Origin: Epithemia pelagica
Taxonomy: Eukaryota; Protista; Bacillariophyta
Length of the DNA stretch: 64,000 nt
Assembly (NCBI GenBank): GCA_946965045.2
Contig: OX337234.1
Coordinates: 3,224,001 to 3,288,000 of the forward strand
Reading direction: 5' to 3'
In this document: positions 44,774 to 54,633 of the stretch, one piece after another
Layout: every line of letters begins with the position of its first letter
Numbering within the stretch: the stretch's first letter is position 1
Notes under the pieces: model-generated
Databases searched by the model: none
What the model was told of the DNA's origin: nothing
The model's input: only the letters and a program-made list of their open reading frames with translations
Made by a program: the position numbers and the translations under genes

Positions 44774-45460
44774 GGTTCTGGCTGTTGCTTTTGCCTTGTT
44801 TCCGGACTTCGCGGACACATTGCGTAAAAAGTAGGGCAAAATGTGAGAGCACAGATACAGATGAGTGTGGCAGCCAGACACTCTCCGCTATGATACCCTC
44901 TCGCTGAAGTGTTTCGGATCGCTGCTTGTCATCTACCACTGAACTGTACTCCTAGATATAAATCCAAAAACTACACGCTCTAGTGCCTCGTCCCGGGGTG
45001 TACCCATTACGCCCCGGGAGCGCTCTTTGGGTACACCATTTCAACTAGATAGAACATGACCAATATTAGGCCTACGGCAACATGTGGATGCTCAAAGTTA
45101 ATCTTTAGGACATCCTCTAACAACATTTGATACCCCATTAGACCTATATATGACATACCTAGGTCATATGAGCGCCTCCATTAGAGGCATGTGCAGCGTG
45201 CGGCACGTTTGGGCACACTTTCACCCAATGTACCCATCCCACTGGAGAGCAACCTGTGGCAATGATAGGGTGCCATGGCGCTGTCCAATCAACAAGTGGT
45301 ATGCTGTTGATGGATTGGGGATGTCACTCTCTGGTCCGGGCTCTATCACGACATGCTACAGGTCTGTCCAAGCAACGACGTGGCGGATTTCCTACTATTG
45401 GATAAATATTTGGCAATGGAAGATTTTATAAAGGAGACATGTTTAAGCTACGTTTTCACT

Positions 45461-46075
45461 CTAGTACTCAAACTTGTAGGCGATACAAGGCTCCTGCTGC
45501 GTCTCGGCAAACTCAAATGACAGATTACTGTCCACACTGATGCTGGATTTGCGATTCTTAGGTTCCCCACCAGCACTGTCGCCTTTGGAAGCAACAATTC
45601 CGCCGCAAGACGTCTCTTTGTCGCTCAATGCCTCCATGGACTGATTCTTTGGTAGATTGTTGGATACACCACTGTTTTCCTTGTTGTGGTTGCAATGCAT
45701 CGTCATCATAAGGTCGAACTTGTCAGGTGCTGCAACAATGATCTTGGGGGGTGGTTTTTCCGCAACAACCTGTTTCGTCTTGCTCTTCTGCTCCTCGATC
45801 TGTTTTCCATCGTTGCTTTTCTCTACTATCATTGCTTTCTTGGCCTTCACCTGCCGCTTGGCCCCCTTCACGTTGTTGCCAGTCACCCTTCCCTTTGTAG
45901 GTGCTTTCTTCGTTTTCGACTGCTTCGAGGAGGACGAGGACAAAAGTGATCCGGTTGGTAGGGGGTTGGACCGAAGCACAGCAGAACTGGACGATGGAAG
46001 GACGTCTCTGCTACCTTCCTTGTTTCGTTCTCGATTCCGCAAACTGATGCGGCGGCCGTTGATAATTGTCGACAT
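45461..46075 (-). CDS. Lys/Ser-rich hypothetical ORF inside the piggyBac-like element
   Basis: ATG at 46075, 204 aa, low complexity; may be spliced or non-functional. Confidence 0.4.
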   Translation of the reverse strand: MSTIINGRRISLRNRERNKEGSRDVLPSSSSAVLRSNPLPTGSLLSSSSSKQSKTKKAPTKGRVTGNNVKGAKRQVKAKKAMIVEKSNDGKQIEEQKSKTKQVVAEKPPPKIIVAAPDKFDLMMTMHCNHNKENSGVSNNLPKNQSMEALSDKETSCGGIVASKGDSAGGEPKNRKSSISVDSNLSFEFAETQQEPCIAYKFEY

Positions 46076-46366
46076 GGTTCTTCGTTCTTCTTCACTTCCA
46101 TGAAAATGAATGAGACGACTATAGATGATGGGGTCGTGTTTGTTAACAAATAGGTTCCGAGTATGCGCCGGACGCTTCACTTTATTATTTAAAAAATTGG
46201 AGCGCGCTGCGCAACGGACGGCGCCAATACCTGATCCACAATCCAGTGTCTCACAAAACAGAAAACGACAACCCAAACAACAACCAGACAGCAGGAGCAG
46301 CTATAGCAAATAGCCACAGCTCCCCTTTGCAAACTCCACACTGAACATACGCCGGTACGTACAGAA

Positions 46367-47026
46367 ATGGTGTTGATTGACCTTGGATGTTGCCAGTTTC
46401 TTACATTTTCACTCGCCCTACTGTATCCAGAAAAGATGGCACAACCTGCACTGGAAGGAAGTACTAAAAGCAAGAGATTTGAGACAATGAAGTTAGCGAA
46501 CGGATTCATCGTCGTGTGTGATGGTGGTCAAGAGCTCAACGCGGTTGGCGAAACAGTTACAATGTTTGGGGAAGCCGGCGTCAATGCATACATGAACTCG
46601 GCGACAAGTAATCAAAACGCAACAACTGACGGGCGGTTGATTGTTGATCGGGGTGTTCTACTCTTGCAGCGATCCTACTTGTCTGCTATGCACCCAAACG
46701 AGCTCTCAATTCGCCTGTTCTATCGTGGAAAGATGGACGACTCCGTACCTGATCTCGTGATTCCAATCACGTACATCAAGAACGAACTTAGTGGTTCGAT
46801 CTTACGCTCCAGCACCGGAAGCATTGTCAAGACCAAGATTGTTGTGGAGACCACCCATTCTCTCAATACTGTAGCGACCATGGAGCCGATGGTCATCACT
46901 CTTAAAATGAGTGTTGTTGGAGCTTCGACGCTGTTGTCTCTCTTGAAGAAAAATCGCAATGAAGGAAGTGACACTGAGAACAAGACGCAGCACTCCATCA
47001 ATGCTATACTCAAAAAGCTGCCGTAG
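46367..47026 (+). CDS. Hypothetical ORF (219 aa) inside the piggyBac-like element, convergent with the transposase
   Basis: Intact ATG-to-TAG ORF with globular, beta-rich-looking composition. Confidence 0.55.
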   Translation: MVLIDLGCCQFLTFSLALLYPEKMAQPALEGSTKSKRFETMKLANGFIVVCDGGQELNAVGETVTMFGEAGVNAYMNSATSNQNATTDGRLIVDRGVLLLQRSYLSAMHPNELSIRLFYRGKMDDSVPDLVIPITYIKNELSGSILRSSTGSIVKTKIVVETTHSLNTVATMEPMVITLKMSVVGASTLLSLLKKNRNEGSDTENKTQHSINAILKKLP

Positions 47027-47149
47027 TGCTACAAATGCAGAGGATCTGTGACATGAAATCAACTATAGTAGAATTATTCTTATAACTATGGGTCTGTTTG
47101 TTTCCTAATCATATGTAATTTCCGTAGATATCATGAACAAGTTGTTGCG

Positions 47150-50100
47150 TCATTCTGCGTTTTGCTGTCGTGCCCTCTCTTTTTCCAACCGAATAATGTG
47201 CTCTTGAATGCACGGATGTTTAAATTTAGGACGGATAATGTGGGCACGGCAAATTGGGACACCGCAGCTTTCCTTCATTTCTTCGGATCCTTGCACCTTG
47301 CGCATACTCGTCTGAGACATACAGGATGGATGCCCGCAAATGGATCGCGTCTGAAACCCACAGATGACACACCGACGCCCCTTCGGCCGTTGCTTCCCAT
47401 CTGAATCGGTGGTCCTATCAGGATTGTAGATTGGCCGGTGGTCAGCGGTTGGATGCTGAGACGATGATGATCCACTCGATTGGCTGGTAGGAAGGCACCA
47501 TAACGAGAATGCTCCGCCAGCAGTTGAGACGCTCGTATCGTCTGCAGCAATGGACGAGCTGGAGCTGGTTAACGAGGACTCTGCAGGGGAAGTAACAGGG
47601 AATGGTGGGTTCATGATTCCTGCTGGTACACCTCCAGAACCAAGTTGAGCCATGAATGCATTGTGCATCATGCGAACATACTCAGCGATGCTGTCGTTGG
47701 TTCCTGTTCCATCACCTCCGCGACCCATGAAATTCGGCACAATGTTGGGACGGATGGTGGCATGCGGATCAATCTGTTTGTTGAATTTGTTGTGCGTGAG
47801 ATCCCAGGCGAGGCAATCTGCGAACTGTTCGATCCCACATGAGCCTGCAAATTGTCGTCCCAAGTGAAACTTGACTGCCGTGTGACAATCAACCACGGTG
47901 ACACCGATTATCGTTGAGACAAGCCGGAACCACGGGTTCGGCGTCTTCCAAAGCATCTCCAACCGCAGAATGCCTTGCCTGAAATGGTTGTGTACGTCGA
48001 TGATGTTTGAAACCCCAAAGTACACGGACAGGCATTTCGGACGGAGCACTCGTCGCTCCCGCACGTTTCCGTGCTCGTCGGCGAACCTGGCGATGTAGGG
48101 GTAGCCAGGTTCGGTTGTCTCCGCATTCTTGGACATCGCAAAGGTAAGCGTTTTCCGCGAATTGTATTTGTATCCAATGGCCACCAGGTCAACGTTGGTA
48201 CCTGGGGCCTTGCATTCCAATACTAGGTAGGCTCCAGATGGATACCCTTCCATCTCTTTCTGAAGTTCCTCCTGTGGAAACCAACCTGTGTTGGTTTTGA
48301 TCGCACAGATAACTTCGGGTGCATTGTTGTTTTGTCCAAGCTCTTTGTCAACCGCCACGAAGTAGGAGCGACGGTCTCGAGCTGTTGGTTGCCTTGGTTT
48401 CTGGTGCAGGCACTTCATTGCCTCAACCATTTTCACGCTACCAAACCACGAGTCTGCACAAATCAGGGACCGCATGTTGCCCTCATTCTGGGCTTGTACA
48501 CGCTCGATGATTGACTGTCCCGAAAACTGAATTCCCTCCACCAACCGAAGCGACGTACCAGCTGTGACCCCCAGGTCAGGAACAAACTTCTTGAGCTTCA
48601 TGGGAATCTGTCCTTCCTGTATTTCAAGGAAGACGAGGCAGCCTGTCTTAGTGTCCGCCGAAGCCTGTTTAGACACGTAGCCAAGAAACACCCAACAAAC
48701 AAGTAACAATCAACTGGATGAGTTCGAAGCACCAACGCAAGAACTGCAAAAGCACCAACTTACCTTCATTTCTGTACCTAGCGGTTTTGGTTTTCGCTGG
48801 ATATATGAAAGATGGGGGAGGGTGGACGATTGAGTTGTTCGCGGTTGGAACGGGCTCATGATCTCGTCTAACGTCACCGTTGACGAGGTTGCAACTGTTT
48901 GATGGCGATTTTCGTTGAAGCCATCAATTAAGGGCTGGATCTTGTTCCAAGGGTTGCCTGAGTTCTCGCCCTCAAATGCCCGGTGGACGATCTCTTTGAT
49001 GTCAAAGAACCGAGTCTTTGACATCACGTCCATTCCACCTTTGGACACATTGACGGACGGTGAGAACTTGCGATACGCAGGCGCGTCATCAAACAGTTGG
49101 ATGCCACCTTTGTGACAAGGGGAAGCTCCAATGATGATGCCCCAAAAGGCCCACCACTCGAACTCGGACACGGACCGGAGATGGCGGCTTCGCAACCTTC
49201 CCTCGTTTCGCTCATCAATCGCTTGGTTCAGTTTGTTGAGTTGTTGTCGCCAACTCCCTTTTGAGACATGATACAGACTGTTAGTCGACAAGAATCCAAA
49301 GCAATCCCCAGGACACTTAGCAATCAAACACTTACCGGGCCACAAGTGAAGGAGAAGGCGCATGAATGGGAAGTCGTACTGCTCATTGTCGATGGACAAG
49401 TTTGCAGCCGAAAAGGATTGTTGAAAATCAAATCCAATGACTCCCACGTCCTGGAATTCTTCAACCGGATTGTCAGGCTTGGTGTCGCCATCAACGATTT
49501 GCCACGTAAATGCTCGGTTGTCATGTATCAAACGGATTTGGTTCCCCCCTGAAAGTGCTTGCTCGACGTGGTTCTCGCCATCAAACTGGACATTCCACAG
49601 AGGGTTTCCATGCACACTATCCGGATGTTTCCCCACAACAACACCATAATGCCGATTGATGGTGGATCCATTGACTTTTTTGTATACCAGATCACCAATC
49701 TCAATTCCGTTTCGTTTTGGAGCTTCGAGGTGAACCTTCCAATTTTCGTCGACAAGTTGTTTCTTCCTTGCAACATATTTCTGATGCTTGACCCGGTACA
49801 CGTCTCTGCGTTCAAGCTCATGAGCGAGTGCAGCACTGTTCGGGTCAATGGCATCTTCGTCGTCCGCAAAGAAATACGGGAAATCTTCCATCCCAGTAAA
49901 GTAATCGTCCATGGACACTTCAGAGACGTCATCGTTGTCAACATGGATACCACCGGGAAGAAGCTGCGGAGGACCAGTGTTAGTGCTGTTCTGCTGCTGG
50001 TTCTCATTTTCCATTCTTGGCACGTGAATGTTTTCACTGCTGATTGATGAGGAATCCTCCATCAGCGCCTGTGCAATCTGTGCAGCTGCTTGTTGCAGAG

Positions 50101-50719
50101 GAGGAGACGTGGGTGTGCTGATTTGTTGGTTTGTTGTTTGTTGTCGGTTTGTTGTTTGTTCAGTGGCCGTTGTTTGTTCGGTTCTTGTCTCGTGCTGATT
50201 GTTTGTTGCTCGTTCGTCGACAAGCACTTCAACTTGTTCATTGCTGCCACCTTCATTCATGACCAGCACAACATCCTCTTGCTCCACGTCCGGTTGCGCT
50301 ACCGCCTGCTGTTGCTGCTGCTGTCCCTGCTCGTCACCACCACGGACCACAACTTCCACCTCCTCATTCCCATCACCACTTGCTTCTTCGACAAGCACCT
50401 GCTCTTGAGTGCTGGCGTTGTTTGCCACGGCACCTCCACCAGAAGACGAGGCAGCTGTTGAACTTGCATTAGTAGTACCACGCGCAGCATACCTTGGTCC
50501 ACCATTGTCTCCAGGAAATGCCTCGCCTTGCAGTGGCTTCCTTAGCTGGTAAGAAGTCTTTTTCATCAGCTCGCCCGTTCTCGTTCCATTGCTCCTGTTG
50601 AGCCGTTCCACTTCCCAGGACCTGCTTCCAAGGGCTCGTACAATCAATACAGGCTCCTCAGGTTTGCTGCCCTTAACAAAAGCCCTGGACCCTGGACCTA
50701 AGCGACTTAATGCAGGCAT
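47150..50719 (-). CDS. piggyBac-family (PGBD/DDE_Tnp_1_7-like) transposase, 3 exons (50719-49336, 49257-48764, 48664-47150), about 1130 aa, apparently intact
   Basis: Motifs TLDEIMSPF...RKPKPLGTEMK, ADSWFGSV, IDVHNHFRQG and a C-terminal Cys-rich CVIC...CGHPSC. GT-AG introns at 49335-49258 (78 bp) and 48763-48665 (99 bp) give a 3393-nt open frame. Confidence 0.88.
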
Positions 50720-51190
50720 TGTTGTTGTTGTTTCTGCCACTTTGATTGTCGTAGAAGTTGGTGTTTGTCTTGCCTGTTTGTGATCTCTACCACCCCCGTC
50801 GTTATTTGTCGTCGTCGTCTTCTTCGCTGCTGCAACCAAAAAATAGAAGCTTTGTGCAATGATCATTGCACAAAGCTTGTATTGCTTGGGTGCAGCAGGC
50901 TTGGATCGCATCAAACAGTCCCGAGGGGGACTGTTCGAAAGGCGGTCATCGTCGTACAATTTTGTTGAGATCTTCAGGTGGTGCAGAAAGAACACACATG
51001 AAATTTCGTGCCGCGGGTTCCGAATTGACGCGCCGGAGCGGTGCGCAGCGCGCATCTATCTATCTATATGCCCATCCAGGACATGTTCTGGAAGTCGACC
51101 ATGGCACAAAATGGCGCAGAAAGTATGTCTAAAATATCTGGACATCCGTCCATGGTCGTAGGACTGTCATAGGACCTTCCGCAGCACTGT

Positions 51191-51249
51191 CCCCACATGT
51201 CCCCACATGTCCCCACATGTCCCCACATGTCCCCACATGTCCCCACATG
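51191..51249 (+). repeat. Subterminal tandem repeat (CCCCACATGT)x6
   Basis: Read directly; lies 27 bp inside the right TIR. Confidence 0.95.
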
Positions 51250-52744
51250 CCTAAAATCGAGCACAACCCCCGAAAGGAGGCGCTCATATGACCTAGATAT
51301 GTCATATATGGGTGTGATGGGGTATCAAATGTTGACAGAGGATGTCTTAAAGATTAACTTTGGACATCCACATGTTGTCGTAGGCCTAATATTGGTCATG
51401 TTCTATCTAGTTGAAATGGTGTACCCAAAGAGCGCGCCAAGGGTGTAATGGGTACACACTGGGACGAGGCACTAGCGATAATACATACGTACTTGTCAGG
51501 ATGAAGAACTCTATCTTGTACCCGTGCCCCATGTCCATGTACCTTTTTGGTCTTGGTCCTGCCGGGTTGCTGGCTTCGCAGCCCCTGTTCCTGTTGTGGT
51601 TGTGGTCTCACAATTTGCGAGAATCCGAAATGAGGAGCGTAGAGCGTAGAGGACTCTGTTTCACAGTTTCTGCCCAACCCAGGCAATAGATTTGAATTTG
51701 TTGTTATGACCAGTGAAGGAAGCCCAGTACGGAACAAAAGCCCTTAGACGGAGTGAGCCCACACTGCATCTGTTTACAATACGGATACTGGCATGGCGTG
51801 TCCGCAACACACCAATTGACTGAACCTTCACAGACAAGTCCAGAGTCCAGAGAGGTTGGTTGCTGACAAGAGATGGCACAACAAAATTATCACATCGATC
51901 ATCGATCATGAGTCATTTTCGTGATCGAATCTTCGTGATGTACAGGTTTGCGGTGCTTGAATCACACCGTGACACAAGTAGTTTCTGTGTGCTTCACTTC
52001 CAGCGATGGAGTCAAAGATGTTTCTCTACCAAAAAGTGTGGCAAGCTACCGTGAAAATGATTGGTCCAAGTTGGTTGATGAGCTCCCTACCTCTAGAGTG
52101 ATTCTAGAGAGATTCTAAAAGTCGAGGCAAGAATAAAAGTTGTGGCCGCGTTGAAAGGAAGTACCTAGGAGTCTAGGAGTACTCCTATCGGAGTTATTAC
52201 GATCACAGGCCATTTACTATCCTCTCTCCGATTCTTATTCTTGGTGATTGGAATTTGGAGAATGGTGGGACTATTGACTATTTCCTATTATTTCCTCCTA
52301 TCTCTAGAGGAGTCTATGATGGAATAATAGGCTCTGTATCGGTGACCACCTCTAAATCGTCTGACAGTCGTCCTTCCCCAAGTCTGTCTTTCGCACCAAA
52401 TTTCCTTTCCCACAAGAGGAAAAATTTCATCGAGTGTTGGCTTGGCTGGCGTCCCCATTTTTCCTCACCACCAACTGCCACTCCAAACTTCCCACCCACC
52501 AAAAATTGAATGGGTGCAGTGCAGCATAACAATGGACAATGGACAGTTTTGTCGATCTTGTTGCTAAAACAGTCTTGTAAGATAAGTCTTTTGGAATGAT
52601 CGAATATTTGAATAGCTTTGCATAACGCTCAAAGGCACTCATTGCTCTACTTGCAAGGGCAATCTCTTTCCAGCAACTCTTTTTTCATTGACTTTGAATT
52701 TGTGTTGGCTTCAACAAGCAACTCATTCGAAGGATCATTTGGTT

Positions 52745-54630
52745 GTTGCTTTTTGCTTGATTCTGTCAGATCCTTGTCTCAAAGGACTCTATACTAGTCC
52801 ATTGGGACAGTATATTGGGTCCGAACAGTGATTCTCGGCTGAAAAATTTTCTCGTCCTCTTTTGGGTTGCAGCTGCCATCTGGACCAGTGGGCACCATTG
52901 ACTGAGGTAAATTGTTGATTTCTGGTGATTGGTTGCTTGACCTGGCTTGATCCTCATCTCAAAGGACCCTATACTAGTCTATTGGGACAGTATATTGGGT
53001 CCGAACAGTGACTCTCGGCTGAAAAATTTTCTCGTCCTCTTTTGGGTTGCAGCTGCCATCTGGACCAGTGGGCACCATTGACTGAGGTAAATTGTTGATT
53101 TCTGGTGATTGGTTGCTTGATTCTGTCAGATCCTTGTCTCAAAGGACTCTATACTAGTCTATTGGGACAGTATATTGGGTCCGAACAGTGATTCTCGGCT
53201 GAAAAATTTTCTCGTCCTCTTTTGGGTTGCAGCTGCCATCTGGACCAGTGGGCACCATTGACTGAGGTAAATTGTTGATTTCTGGTGATTGGTTGCTTGA
53301 TCTGGCTTGATCCTCATCTCAAAGGACCCTATACTAGTCTATTGGGACAGTATATTGGGTCCGAATAGTGACTCTCGGCTGAAAAATTTTCTCGTCCTCT
53401 TTTGGGTTGCAGCTGCCATCTGGACCAGTGGGCACCATTGACTGAGGTTGATTGTTGATTTCTGGTGATTGGTTGCTTAATCTGGCTTGATCCTTATCTC
53501 AAAGGACCCTATGCTAGTCTATTGGGACAGTATATTGGGTCCGAACAGTGACTCTCGGCTGAAAAATTTTCTCGTCCTCTTTTGGGTTGCAGCTGCCATC
53601 TGGACCAGTGGGCACCATTGACTTAGGTTGATTGTTGATTTCTGGTGATTGGTTGCTTGACCTGGCTTGATCCTCATCTCAAAAGACCCTATACTAGTCT
53701 TTTGGGACAGTATATTGGGTCCGAATAGTGACTCTCGGCTGAAAAATTTTCTCGTCCTCTTTTGGGTTGCAGCTGCCATCTGGACCAGTGGGCACCATTG
53801 ACTGAGGTAAATTGTTGATTTCTGGTGACTGGTTGCTTGACCTGGCTTGATCCTCATCTCAAAGGACCCTATACTAGTCTATTGGGACAATATATTGGGT
53901 CCGAACAGTGACTCTTGGCTGAAAAATTTTCTCGTCCTCTTTTGGGTTACAGCTGCCATCTGGACCAGTGGGCACCATTGACTGAGGTTGATTGTTGATT
54001 TCTGGTGATTGGTTGCTTGATTCTGTCAGATCCTCATCTCAAAGGACCCTATACTAGTCTATTGGGACAGTATATTGGGTCCGAACAGTGACTCTCGGCT
54101 GAAAAATTTTCTCGTCCTCTTTCTGGACCAGTGGGCACCATTGACTGAGGTTGATTGTTGATTTCTGGTGATTGGTTGCTTGATCTGGCTTGATCCTCAT
54201 CTCAAAGGACCCTATACTAGTCTATTGGGACAGTATATTGGGTCCGAATAGTGACTCTCGGCTGAAAAATTTTCTCGTCCTCTTTTGGGTTGCAGCTGCC
54301 ATCTGGACCAGTGGGCACCATTGACTGAGGTTGATTGTTGATTTCTGGTGATTGGTTGCTTGACCTGGCTTGATCCTCATCTCAAAGGACCCTATACTAG
54401 TCTATTGGGACAATATATTGGGTCCGAATAGTGACTCTCGGCTGAAAAATTTTCTCATCCTCTTTTGGGTTGCAGCTGCCATCTGGACCAGTGGGCACCA
54501 TTGACTAAGGTTGACTGAGGTTGATTGTTGATTTCTGGTGATTGGTTGCTTGGCCTGGCTCGATCCTCATTTCAAAGGACCCTATACTAGTCCATTGGGA
54601 CAGTATATTGGGTCCGAACAGTGACTTCTC
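52745..54630 (+). repeat. 180-bp tandem array, about 10.5 copies
   Basis: The marker ATTGGGAC (one copy TTTGGGAC) recurs at 52801, 52981, 53161, 53341, 53521, 53701, 53881, 54061, 54224 (17-bp deletion), 54404 and 54594 (10-bp insertion). Confidence 0.97.
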
Positions 54631-54633
54631 GAA

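Larger units (their letters stand above)
44984..51471 (-). mobile_element. piggyBac-like DNA transposon, 6488 bp, inserted at CTAG
   Basis: 196-bp TIRs (44984-45179 / 51276-51471, 16 mismatches counted by eye). CTAG is on both sides (44980-44983, 51472-51475). The paralogous empty site has a single CTAG at about 36875. Confidence 0.93.
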
